From Squalus acanthias (Eukaryota): a stretch of DNA of 64,000 nucleotides. Positions 50,124-61,345 of the stretch are shown piece after piece. Numbering within the stretch: the stretch's first letter is position 1; each line of letters opens with the position of its first letter. The DNA is taken from positions 372,001 through 436,000 of the forward strand of contig JASTWF010000327.1 of assembly GCA_030390025.1 (NCBI GenBank), written 5' to 3'. The position numbers and the translations under genes are program-made. Under the pieces are notes generated by a model. The model was not told the origin of the DNA, did no database searches, and saw only the letters and a list, made by a program, of their open reading frames with translations.

Positions 50124-50808
50124 GGGTTAGAATCCCCATGTACAGTCCCAGGGTTAGAATCCCCATGTACAGTCCCAGGGTTAGAATCCCCATGTACAGT
50201 CCCAGGGTTAGAATCCCCATGTACAGTCCCAGGGTTAGAATCCCCATGTACAGTCCCAGGGTTAGAATCCCCATGTACAGTCCCAGGGTTAGAATCCCCA
50301 TGTACAGTCCCAGGGTTAGAATCCCCATGTACAGTCCCAGGGTTAGAATCCCCATGTACAGTCCCAGGGTTAGAATCCCCATGTACAGTCCCAGGGTTAG
50401 AATCCCCATGTACAGTCCCAGGGTTAGAATCCCCATGTACAGTCCCAGGGTTAGAATCCCCATGTACAGTCCCAGGGTTAGAATCCCCATGTACAGTCCC
50501 AGGGTTAGAATCCCCATGTACAGTCCCAGGGTTAGAATCCCCATGTACAGTCCCAGGGTTAGAATCCCCATGTACAGTCCCAGGGTTAGAATCCCCATGT
50601 ACAGTCCCAGGGTTAGAATCCCCATGTACAGTCCCAGGGTTAGAATCCCCATGTACAGTCCCAGGGTTAGAATCCCCATGTACAGTCCCAGGGTTAGAAT
50701 CCCCATGTACAGTCCCAGGGTTAGAATCCCCATGTACAGTCCCAGGGTTAGAATCCCCATGTACAGTCCCAGGGTTAGAATCCCCATGTACAGTCCCAGG
50801 GTTAGAAT
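50124..50808. repeat. Homogeneous 27-bp minisatellite, about 25 copies
   Basis: Unit gggttagaatccccatgtacagtccca. Confidence 0.97.
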
Positions 50809-51309
50809 GCATACGTTGGCAATGAGCTTGGGCCCCAGCACATGCTCACCGTAAAACCCAGGTCAAGGGCCGGCCCACTGTGCCCTCTCTGAACCCGGTT
50901 TGCTGCTCCCTCTGTGCCCAGCACTGCCTGCACCCCCGGCGCACGGAAGTGGAATTTCTGCCTCAGTGTTACAAGTTTCATCGGTTACAGGCTGGAGAGA
51001 GGAATAATTCAAACTGACCCAGAGCTGTGTGATTGGTTCAGTCTGTATATCACTGATGGGCCCTTTTAAATTTGAGTGGTCAGGTATTCAAATTCCCGTA
51101 AACTCTAATCCTGAATATAAAAGAGGGGAGAGCTGTGTTTAAATCAGAGTCCCCTTGGAGATTCTCAGTGAAGGAACTGGTCAGCTTGAAATTCGAATCA
51201 GAAAAATCAGTGAGAAATTTCCAATGAGCAGATTTTGACCATAGAATCAATGGTTCCAGCACAGAAGGAGGCCATTCGGCCCGTCGAGCCCGTGCCGAAA
51301 CAGCGTAGC

Positions 51310-51383
51310 TCATCAGGGCGGGGATTGAACCCGCGACATTAGCGTTATTAGCACCATGCTCGAACCATCTGAGCAAACTGACC
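51310..51383 (-). tRNA. tRNA-Ile(AAT)-like sequence, probably a pseudogene
   Basis: GGTCAGTTTGCTCAGATGGTTCGAGCATGGTGCTAATAACGCTAATGTCGCGGGTTCAATCCCCGCCCTGATGA: AAT anticodon loop and T-loop present; acceptor stem mismatched. Confidence 0.75.
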
Positions 51384-52120
51384 AATATCAACTCCCACAC
51401 GGATGGGGAATTCTAGAATAAGGAGGAACCGGTCACGATTTGAAAGGTATTAAAGTATTCGAGGGGCCCTTACATTTGGGATCTTTCTTTATTTTGTCCA
51501 CTCGAGGAGTTAGATAACAGACTTCCTCTTGTGAATGTAGAGCTGGATTATTGGGCCGTGATGTGTTTCCTTGTTGATCTTCTGTTAAATACATTTCCTG
51601 AGTTAATTTAAATATAAACCAGATTTGCAGGCGTGATGCTCTATTCACACATCGAAGGTGAGAGAGATGCTGTGGGGCAGACGCTAAGTCCAGTAGCTGA
51701 AAGTGATTAACAGACTGGGTTTTGTGTTTATTGATCCCGGGCGTGTTACCGAGACCTTCCCTGGATACCGAGGCTGGGAGAGGCACTCTGGGAGGTATGG
51801 GGAGCTGGGACTTGTCCATGAGAGTAACCAAAGGTATGAGAACTGAAATGATCTAGAGTTCGAAAGGAGAAAAGGCCCCAAAATGGAGCAGTCAGTAACA
51901 GGACATCAATTAGTCTCCTGTTATCTTGGAGACGTCAAGGACTCGACACACTGTGTGTTGGAAACAAAGCTGGTTTATTTGGCATATATCCAGAAGATTA
52001 AACTCCAGCCCAGTTAGGGAGTTATTAACATCAGAAACAAACCCCAACTATCAGAATGAACATGGTTCAGTCCTGAATGTGATTAACAGCAGCAATAACA
52101 GCAGAATCCAACCCTTGCAG

Positions 52121-52280
52121 TCACTTGTGAACTCGCTGGTGTCTCAGCAGATCCCTTGTGCTTTTAAAGCTCTTCTCACATTCAGAACATTTAAATGATC
52201 TCTTATCAGTGTGAACAAGTTGGTGTGCAGTGAGGATGGCAGACTCTGTGAATCTCTTCCCACACACGGAGCAGGTGAAC
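52121..52280 (-). pseudogene. Last two fingers and original stop of ZNF gene E, displaced by the CR1 insertion
   Basis: [16 protein letters not shown], family 3' UTR, AATAAA at 51974-51979. Confidence 0.85.
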
Positions 52281-53104
52281 ATAAGAACATAAGAAATAGG
52301 AGCAGGAATAGGCCAGTAGGGCCCTCGAGCCTGCTCCGCCATTCAATAAGATCATGGCTGATCTTGGGCTCAAAGCCACTTCCCTGCCCTCTCCCCAGAA
52401 CCCTTCACTCCCTTATCTTGCAAAAATTTGTCTATCTCCACCTTAAATGTATTTAATGACCCAGCCTCCACAGCTCTCTGGGGCAGAGAATTCCACAGAT
52501 TTACGACCCTCTGAGAGAAGAAATTCCTCCTCATCTCAGTTCTAAAAGGGCGACCCTTTATTCTGAGACTGTGCCCCCGAGTTCTAGATTTCCCCACGAG
52601 GGGAAACATCCTCTCTGCATCTACCTTGTCGAGCCCCTTCAGTATCTTATATGTTTCAATAAGATCACCTCTCATTCTTCTAAATTCCAATGAGTATAGG
52701 CCCAGCCTGCTCAACCTTTCCTCATAAGTCAACCCCCTCATCTCTGGAATTAACCTAGTGAATCGTCTCTGAACTGCCTCCAATGCAAGTATATCCTTCC
52801 TTAAATAAGGAGACCAAAACTGTACGCAGTACTCAAGGTGTGGTCTCACCAATACCCTGTACAGTTGTAGCAGGCCTTCCCTGCTTTTATACTCCAACCC
52901 CCTTGCAATAAAGGCCAACATTCCATTTGCCTTTTTGATTACTTGCTGTACCTGCATGCTAACTTTTTGTGTTTCATGCACAAGGACCCCCAGGTCCCTC
53001 TGAACTGTAGCATTTTGTAATCTCTCTCCATTTAAATAATAGTTTGCTTTTTTATTTTTCCTGCCGAAGTGGATAACCTCACACTTTCCCACATTATACT
53101 CCAT
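52281..53104 (-). mobile_element. 5'-truncated CR1 inserted in sense orientation into the coding exon of gene E
   Basis: ORF2 C-terminus, 3' UTR and ttcttatg tail joined to gttcacc. Confidence 0.93.
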
Positions 53105-53956
53105 CGGCCTCTCCCCGGTGTGAGTGCGTTGGTGTCTCAGCAAGTGGGGTGAACGAATGAATCCCTTTCCACACACGGAGCAGGTGAACGGTCTCTCCCC
53201 AGTGTGAGTGCGGTGGTGTGCCAGCAGATCATTTTTCCTTTTAAAGGTCTTCTCACAGTCAGAACATTTAAAAGGTCTCTTATCAGTGTGAACAAGTTGG
53301 TGTGTAGTGAGGTGGGATGAAGAAGTGAATCCCTTCCCACACACGGAGCAGGTGAACGGCCTCTCCCCAGTGTGAACTCGCTGGTGTCTCAGCAGATCCC
53401 TTGTGCTTTTGAAGCTCTTCTCACAGTCAGAACATTCTAAAGGTCTCTTCTTGGTGTGAACAAGTTGGTGTGCAGTGAGGTTGGCAGACTCTGTGAATCC
53501 CTTCCCACACACGGAGCAGGTGAACGGCCTCTCCCTGCTGTGAGTGCGTTGGTGTGCCAGCAAGTTGGATGAACGAGCAAATCCCTTCGCACACACGGAG
53601 CAGGTGAATGGCCTTTCCCCTGTGTGAGTGCGTTGGTGTGCCAGCAAAGAATTTCTGCTTTTAAAGCTCTTCTCACAGTCAGAACATTTAAAAGATCTAT
53701 CATCAGTGTGAACAAGCTGGTGTGTAGTGAGGTGGGATGAAGAAATGAATCCCTTCCCACACACAGAGCAGGTGAATGGCCTCTCCCCGGTGTGAATGCG
53801 CTGGTGTTCAGTGAGGTTCCATGAACGAGTGAATCCCTTCCCACACACGGAGCAGGTGAACGGTCTCTCCCCGGTGTGACTGCGCCGATGAGTTTCCAGC
53901 TCAGATGGGCAAGAGAATCCCTTCCCACAGTCCCCACATTTGCACGGTTTCTCCAT
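52370..53956 (-). CDS. Chimeric ORF of gene E: 10 C2H2 fingers fused in frame to 244 aa of CR1 ORF2 C-terminus (528 aa; 551 aa from ATG 54025)
   Basis: Kozak accATGg at 53956; junction HTGERP|MEYNVGKCEV; no stop until 52370. Expression is unknown. Confidence 0.7.
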   Translation of the reverse strand: MEKPCKCGDCGKGFSCPSELETHRRSHTGERPFTCSVCGKGFTRSWNLTEHQRIHTGERPFTCSVCGKGFISSSHLTTHQLVHTDDRSFKCSDCEKSFKSRNSLLAHQRTHTGERPFTCSVCAKGFARSSNLLAHQRTHSRERPFTCSVCGKGFTESANLTAHQLVHTKKRPLECSDCEKSFKSTRDLLRHQRVHTGERPFTCSVCGKGFTSSSHLTTHQLVHTDKRPFKCSDCEKTFKRKNDLLAHHRTHTGERPFTCSVCGKGFIRSPHLLRHQRTHTGERPMEYNVGKCEVIHFGRKNKKANYYLNGERLQNATVQRDLGVLVHETQKVSMQVQQVIKKANGMLAFIARGLEYKSREGLLQLYRVLVRPHLEYCVQFWSPYLRKDILALEAVQRRFTRLIPEMRGLTYEERLSRLGLYSLEFRRMRGDLIETYKILKGLDKVDAERMFPLVGKSRTRGHSLRIKGRPFRTEMRRNFFSQRVVNLWNSLPQRAVEAGSLNTFKVEIDKFLQDKGVKGSGERAGKWL

Positions 53957-54166
53957 GGTGCGGGTGTCCTTGTGTCTCTCCAGGTTGGACAATCGGTTGA
54001 AGCCTCGTCTAAACACAGAACACATATATGGTTACTCCCCAGTAATCTAATTTAATCATGACAATATTTTCATTTTGACAATATTTTCATTTTAATTCCG
54101 GACTTCTAAAACCCCCTTTCCCACACTCGGTCCTTCCCTATAAATTGTCCCCGTGTAATATTTCTC

Positions 54167-54347
54167 CAGGTTATAGTCTAACAGTTTTATTTGAAATCAC
54201 AAGCTTTCTGAGCGCTGCTCCTTCGTCAGGTGAAGGAGCAGCACTCCGAAAGCTTGTGATTTCAAATAAAACTGTTGGACTATAACCTGGTATGGTGCGA
54301 CTTCTCACATTTGTCCACCCCAGTCCAACACCAGCATCTCCACATCA
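54167..54347. mobile_element. Penelope-like insertion with an inverted 5' segment and a minimal hammerhead motif
   Basis: 11-bp target-site duplication taatatttctc (54156-54166 and 54348-54358); ~59-bp inverted arms at 54166-54224 and 54232-54290. Confidence 0.75.
54197..54233 (-). ncRNA. Minimal type I hammerhead ribozyme motif, possibly inactive
   Basis: UCAC CUGACGA A GGAGC AGC GCUCA GAAA GC UU GUGA: core present, stem I UCAC/GUGA, palindromic AAGCUU; one mismatch at the base of stem II. Confidence 0.6.
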
Positions 54348-54371
54348 TAATATTTCTCAGTTTAGGTGAAG

Positions 54372-54580
54372 GACGCTCCCTGACTAGTCTCCACTTCTCC
54401 TCCATTTCCAGACGCTCCCTGACCAGTCACCATTTCTCCTCCATTTACAGACGCTCCCTGACCAGTCCCCATTTCTCCTCCATTTACAGACGCTCCCTGA
54501 CCAGTCTCCATTTCTCCTCCATTTACAGACGCTCCCTGACCAGTCCCCATTTCTCCTCCATTTACAGACGCTCCCTGACT
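54372..54580. repeat. 39-bp tandem repeat, about 5 copies
   Basis: Unit gacgctccctgaccagtccccatttctcctccatttaca. Confidence 0.92.
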
Positions 54581-54677
54581 CACTTCCTGTCTGTCCCGGA
54601 GTTTGGGGCTTTGTTGAGATTCGGGCCGGAGCGAAACGGGAACCCGCGGGTGGAGGCGGATAATGTTCACTGATCTT

Positions 54678-55078
54678 ATAATGGGGCCTGGGGCCGCACT
54701 CGGGGTGTGTGCAGCCCGCGTCCCCCCGGGGTTTATTAACCCGCTCCCTGAGCTCTCTCACCTGATGTGTCAGCGGCTGCTGCCAAGGTCCGCGCATGCT
54801 CAGCTCACCTTCCGTTGTTCAGGTTTAAAGGTCAAGCCCCGCCCCTCACACACTCCGATTGGTTGGAGGACCCGCCGCCCGCTCGGTCCTCCAGCCCCGC
54901 CCCGCTCTTCCTATTGGTCCGGAGCTCCCGTCAATCACCCGGGCAGTGTGAGCTGAGCATGCGCGGACCTTGGCAGCAGCCGCTGACACATCAGGTGAGA
55001 GAGCTCAGGGAGCGGGTTAATAAACCCCGGGGGGACGCGGGCTGCACACACCCCGAGTGCGGCCCCAGGCCCCATTAT
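54678..55078. promoter_or_regulatory. Palindromic promoter between genes E and F: 131-bp perfect inverted arms around a 139-bp CCAAT/GC core
   Basis: Arms 54678-54808 and 54948-55078 are exact reverse complements. Each carries gcatgcgc and a cag|gtgaga donor. Confidence 0.85.
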
Positions 55079-55296
55079 TAAAACACTCAACATTATCCGC
55101 CTCCCCACAACTACCCGCCAGTTTAAGACACAAACTCCGGGACAACCAGGAAGTGCTGGGAAATCCCCAGCGAGTCAGGGTGCCGGACTCTCAGGAGGCT
55201 CCACACCGCTGGCTGCTCCTGTGTCAGTGATCTCCCATCAGATTATGTGCGTCTGCTGTGTGTGTGTGCCCGAAGTTGTTCATAAGGTGAGGAACG

Positions 55297-55910
55297 AGTG
55301 AGTGTCGAACTGAACCCAGTCAGAGTCAGCACATTCAGGGGAGGAGAGGGTGGGGAACCAGTGAGTGTAGAACTGAACCCAGCCAGAGTCAGCACCTTCA
55401 GGGGAGGAGAGGGAGAGGGAGGAGAACCTGTGAGTGTAGAACTGAACCCAGCCAGAGTCAGCACCTTCAGGGGAGGAGAGGGTGGGGAACCTGTGAGTGT
55501 AGAACTGAACCCAGCCAGAGTCAGCACCTTCAGGGGAGGAGAGGGAGAGGGAGGGGAACCTGTGAGTGTAGAACTGAACCCAGCCAGAGTCAGCACCTTC
55601 AGGGGAGGAGAGGGAGGGGAACCAGTGAGTGTAGAACTGAACCCAGCCAGAGTCAGCACCTTCAGGGGAGGAGAGGGAGAGGAACCAGTGAGTGTAGAAC
55701 TGAACCCAGCCAGAGTCAGCACCTTCAGGGGAGGAGAGGGAGAGGAACCAGTGAGTGTCGAACTGAACCCAGCCAGAGTCAGCACCTTCAGGGGAGGAGA
55801 GGGAGGGGAACCAGTGAGTGAACTGAACCCAGCCAGAGTCAGCACCTTCAGGGGAGGAGAGGGAGGGGAACCAGTGAGTGTCGAACTGAACCCAGCCAGA
55901 GTCAGCACCT
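55297..55910. repeat. ~60-66-bp tandem repeat, about 10 copies, in the intron of gene F
   Basis: Unit gtgagtgtagaactgaacccagccagagtcagcaccttcaggggaggagaggg..aacca; single partial copy at ~18720. Confidence 0.93.
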
Positions 55911-56083
55911 AGAATTGCCTGTTCTGAATTTCTATCCTGCACTCTCAGTCATGTCTTTTGTAAACTCCTTTTACAGGATATTAGAAGGGGAGGATTTGCA
56001 GATGGGAAACTCAAACCAAACATCACGTCAAGATCTGACAGAGGCACTCGATACATCTGGACGTGAATATTATCGGCCTTTGA

Positions 56084-56179
<96 letters not shown>

Positions 56180-56230
56180 TGAGGCTTCAACTGATCATCC
56201 AACCTGGAGAGTCACAAGGACACCCGCACC

Positions 56231-56821
56231 ACGGAGAAACCGTGGAAATGTGGGGACTGTGGAAAGAGATTCACTTACCCGTCTGAGCTGAAAACCCATC
56301 GCTACCGGCACACCGGGGAGAGGCCGTTCACCTGCTCCATGTGTGGGAAGGGTTTCACTAATTCATCCCACCTTCTGAGACACCAGCGAGTTCACACTGA
56401 CGAGAGACCTTTTAAATGCTCCAACTGTGCGAACTGCTTTAAAAGCTCTGAGGAACTGATTCAACACCAGCGAGTTCACACTGACGATAAACCATTCAGT
56501 TGCTGTCAATGTGGGAAGAGATTCAGGCAGTCATCCAATCTCATTGTACACCAACGCACTCACACTGGGGAGAGACCGTTCACCTGCTCCGTGTGTGAGA
56601 AGAGATTCATTAAATCATCCAACCTGCTGACACACCAACGAATTCACACCGGGGAGAGGCCGTTCACCTGCTCCGTGTGTGGGAAGGGATTCACTTGTTC
56701 ATCCACCCTGCTGACACACCAGCGAGTTCACACTGGGGAGAGGCCGTTCATCTGCTCCGTGTGTGGGAAGGGATTCAATCAGTCATCCAACCTGCTGACA
56801 CACCAGCGAGTTCACATGTGA
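56231..56821 (+). pseudogene. ZNF gene F: 7 fingers; family start ATG changed to ACG (next in-frame ATG at 56339)
   Basis: Acceptor at ~55976; accACGg at 56231 is in frame and open to TGA 56821; family 3' UTR lacks its AATAAA. Confidence 0.7.
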
Positions 56822-57367
56822 CTGCAGGGGTTGGATTCTGCTGTTAATCACATCCAGGACTGAACCATGTTCATTCTCAGAGTTGGGGTTTGTTTCTGCT
56901 GGTGTTAATATCCCTATAACTGGGCTGGAGTTTAATATTCTGGATATATAGCTGATTGAGTTGTCGGGGCTGCAGTGTCCCTTTACAAACCGTTGTCTGT
57001 GATCTTTTCCCCTTAATTCAGGGACTTTGATCAGAAATTAGTTTACAAAAAAATTATGAATTTTACTTCAATCCTAAATTAATTTTTGGTACAAAATCTA
57101 CAATTCAGTGTCTGAAAGGTGCCACTGATTATCATCTCCAATTAGAAAGTGCTGATTAATCCTCGCCGACAATTCTTACTGACTTGCACATTACACAAAG
57201 TGGCACCTCCATTATCCACCAGAAAGAAGGGGAATGGGAATTGGTGGAGAATCGAGAGTCCCCAAATGTTGCCCCTCCCGTCTGGTACAGCAATCCCCTC
57301 GGCACGGGAATGGAGACAAGTCCAGTTATAGTAACGGGCTGAGTTTAATCTTTCTGGGCCTGTGCGA

Positions 57368-58440
57368 TTGGTTTATATCAGACAGGAGGAGATTGGTGTC
57401 AGTGACTGTGGGGTTGGTTTATATCAGACAGGAGGAGATTGGTGTCAGTGACTGTGGAGTTAGTTTATATCAGACAGGAGGAGATTGGTGTCAGTGACTG
57501 TGGAGTTGGTTTATATCAGACAGGAGGGGATTGGTGTCAGTGACTGTGGGGTTGGTTTATATCAGACAGGAGGAGATTGGTGTCTGACTGTGGGGTTGGT
57601 TTATATCAGACAGGAGGAGATTGGTGTCAGTGACTGGGGTTGGTTGATATCAGACAGGAGGAGATTGGTGTCAATGACTGTGGGGTTGGTTTATATCAGA
57701 CAGGAGGAGATTGGTGTCAGTGACTGTGGGGTTGGTTTATATCAGACAGGAAGAGATTGGTGTCAGTGACTGTGGGGTTGGTTTATATCAGACAGGAGGA
57801 GATTGGTGTCAGTGACTGTGGGGAAGGTTTATATCAGACAGGAGGAGATTGGTGTCAGTGACTGTGGGTTTGGTTTATATCAGACAGGAGGAGATTGGTG
57901 TCAGTGACTGTGGGGCTGGTTTATATCAGACAGGAGGAGATTAGTGTCAGTGACTGTGGGGATAGTTTATATCAGACAGGAGGAGATTGGTGTCAGTGAC
58001 TGTGGGGCTGGTTCATATCAGACAGGAGGAGATTGGTGTCAGTGACTGTGGGGTTGGTTTATATCAGACAGGAGGAGATTGGTGTCAGTGACTGTGGGGT
58101 TGGTTTATATCAGACAGAAGGAGATTGGTGTCAGTGACTGTGGGGTTGGTTTATATCAGACAGGAGGAGATTGGTGTCAGTGACTGTGGGGTTGGTTTAT
58201 ATCAGACAGGAGGAGATTGGTGTCAGTGACTGTGGGGTTGGTTTATATCAGACAGGAGGAGATTGGTGTCAGTGACTGTGGGGTTGGTTTATATCAGACA
58301 GGAGGAGATTGGTGTCAGTGACTGTGGGGTTGGTTTATATCAGACAGGAGGAGATTGGTGTCAGTGACTGTGGGGTTGGTTTATATCAGACAGGAGGAGA
58401 TTGGTGTCAGTGACTGTGGGGTTGGTTTATATCAGACAGG
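57368..58440. repeat. 46-bp minisatellite, about 23 copies
   Basis: Unit tggtttatatcagacaggaggagattggtgtcagtgactgtggggt. Confidence 0.96.
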
Positions 58441-58825
58441 ATATACTAGTCAGAGTTGGAGATATATATTATATAATGTGTCAAGAAGTTGATTAACAGA
58501 GTGGGGAATCATCTCCCTTTGATTTCTATTTCTGACACCAGGCAACAGAAAAAGGTCATTACAACACGACATAAACAGACTCTTCAGGTGTGAGACATCA
58601 GACTTCAGAACAACACGTCTGCCAGCTCTGGCCACAAACCTCAGTACACTCAACCTTTCAGCAGCTGCAGCCCTGATTAAATAACTAGTAGTTTAACATG
58701 TCTAGTAGAGCTTTTGTATTTATATTCAAAATAGAAAAATAACTGCTCATTGCTGCTCATCAACATCCAAACAATGGGAATGGACACATTTAAATTCCAA
58801 GATATTTCACTGATTTTTGAGAGTA

Positions 58826-59682
58826 GGTTCCCCTCCAAGGAGGACACACACCCTCTTTACCTGGTTCCCCTCCAAGGAGGACACACACCCTCTTTACCTG
58901 GTTCCCCTCCAAGGAGGACACACACCCTCTTTACCTGGTTCCCCAAGGAGGACACACACCCTCTTTACCTGGTTCCCCTCCAAGGAGGACACTCGCCCTC
59001 TTTGCCTGGTTCTCCAAGGAGGACACTCACCCTCTTTACCTGGTTCCCCAAGGAGGACACACACCCTCTTTACCTGGTTCCCCTCCAAGGAGGACACTCG
59101 CCCTCTTTACCTGGTTCCCCAAGGAGGACACTCGCCCTCTTTGCCTGGTTCCCCAAGGAGGACACACACCCTCTTTGCCTGGTTCCCCAAGGAGGACACT
59201 CGCCCTCTTTACCTGGTTCCCCAAGGAGGACACTCGCCCTCTTTACCTGGTTCCCCTCCAAGGAGGACACTCGCCCTCTTTGCCTGGTTCCCCTCCAAGG
59301 AGGACACACGCCCTCTTTGCCTGGTTCCCCTCCAAGGAGGACACTCGCCCTCTTTGCCTGGTTCCCCTCCAAGGAGGACACACGCCCTCTTTGCCTGGTT
59401 CCCCTCCAAGGAGGACACTCACCCTCTTTGCCTGGTTCCCCTCCAAGGAGGACACACACCCTCTTTGCCTGGTTCCCCTCCAAGGAGGACACTCGCCCTC
59501 TTTGCCTGGTTTCTCTCCAAGGAGGACACTCGCCCTCTTTGCCTGGTTCCCCTCCAAGGAGGACACTCGCCCTCTTTGCCTGGTTCCCCTCCAAGGAGGA
59601 CACACACCCTCTTTACCTGGTTCCCCTCCAAGGAGGATACTCGCCCTCTTTGCCTGGTTCCCCTCCAAGGAGGACACACGCC
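58826..59682. repeat. 34/37-bp minisatellite, about 24 copies
   Basis: Unit ggttccc(ctc)caaggaggacacacaccctctttacct. Confidence 0.96.
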
Positions 59683-59984
59683 TCAGTCCGTCTCCACCAC
59701 TCGCACTGCACATGCTCAGAGCACAGTCCAGTGATGAGCCGGCGCACTAGGATCGGGTTGTCATTGATAGGGCCCATTCTGCCGCGTCGCGAATTCTGGG
59801 TAAAGAACTAAAAACCTGAATTGGTGAAGAGAAAATTCATTTATTTGTCGTCCGATTGAGATTGGGCCATTTTTCACTGCCTGTAGGGGTGACACTAAGT
59901 TGCCCCAGTGACACCAGACGGGAGCAAAAACCATTAAGGCAAGTGCCCCAGTGCCCCACAGATATTAAACACACAATAACGGGT

Positions 59985-60612
59985 TACTTGGGTTTAGAAA
60001 CAGAGGAATAGAATATAAAAGCAAAGAGATGATGCTGGAACTTCATCAATCACAGGTTAGGCCTCAGCTGGAGTGTTGTGGACAATTCTGGGCCCCACAC
60101 TTGAGGAAAGGTGTAAAGGCCTTAGAAAGGGTCCAGAGGAGGTTTACCAGGATGTTACCAGGGATGAGGGACTTCAGTTATGAGGAGAGGTTGGGAAAGT
60201 TAGGACTGTTCTCCTTGGAACAGAGAAGGTTCAGAGGTGACTTAATAGAGGTTTTCAAGGTGATGAGAGATTTTGATAGAATAAATAGGGAAAGAAACAT
60301 TCCCTCTGGTGAGTGGGTCAATAACTAGAGGTCAAAGATTCAAAAATATTGTCAAAAGATCTGGAGGAGAGATGAGGAGAAATGTTTCCTCTCAGAGAGT
60401 TGTGGGGATCTGGAACGCTCGACCTGAAAAGATGGTGGAAGCTGATTCCGTTAATAATTGTAAAGCAGAGTTGGACGGGAACTTGAGCAACTGACAGGGT
60501 TACGGACAGAAAGTGAGGATGTGGGACTAAACACGACGACTCTTTCAAAGAGCCGGCACAGGCACGACGGGCCGAATGGCCTCCTTCTGTGCTGTAAGTT
60601 TCTATGAATCTA
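59985..60612 (+). mobile_element. CR1 3' fragment
   Basis: RPQLECCGQFWAPH; 3' tail. Confidence 0.8.
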
Positions 60613-60709
60613 TTCGATGAATAATAACTGTGTACAATACAGCGACACTCACAAATAATAATTCAATCATAATGTGATTGTGAGGATCGATTATCGCCTC
60701 TTTAACCTG

Positions 60710-61345
60710 AGCTGCCCACCGGTCGAGGAAGGTATCAAGTGAACCGGTGGACACCGCCTGCTCCCTCTCCAGGGCCACCCGGGCAGGGACAAGACCACGG
60801 GAGAGAGGCAGGCAGCCAGAGTGACCCCCCCATGGGCCCCGCCCATCCTGGGCCTACAAATTGCTGTTTTCGCCAGGCCCAAGAGCAGGTCCAGGAGAAG
60901 ATCCTCCGACTTACCCACCCGCCTCCGCACCGGGCGGGCAGAGATTGGGAGCGTGGGGCTAAAGTGTAACCAAGAGTTGAGGAGCAGCCCCTTCAGGTAA
61001 CTATACAGGGGCTGCAACCTCTCACACTGAATATATACACGGCCCGTGGACTCCTCTAGGCCGCAAAAAACACATCTGGCCTTGGAGTCCGGAAAGGAGC
61101 TTAAACTGTTACACACGACAGCTCCCTGCAACAGTCTCCACCCCAGATCCCCAATGGTGCAGGGAAGGACCCCCGCGTAGACAGCCCTCCACTGGGGAAC
61201 CTCGCCTCTGCCAGACGGCAAGATGACCCACCAGTCTGATTGAGATTGGGCAATAAACTAAATTAATCAATAAATGATACAGAAACCCGAGTGCCCGGGT
61301 CCTCAGCCCTGGTGTGAAGTACGCTGGCCACCAATTTTCCATCAT
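60710..61345 (-). mobile_element. Tx1/L1-clade ORF2 C-terminal fragment (zinc-knuckle region)
   Basis: PQWRAVY..DLGWRLLQGAV..CVFCGLEES..IQC. Confidence 0.7.

Noticed and set aside
50075..50854. Four overlapping ~240-aa ORFs
   Set aside because: Artefact of a 27-bp stop-free tandem repeat.
57368..59682. CRISPR-like arrays (regular repeats, cctcc-aa-ggagg hairpin)
   Set aside because: No unique spacers, no cas genes and a vertebrate context.
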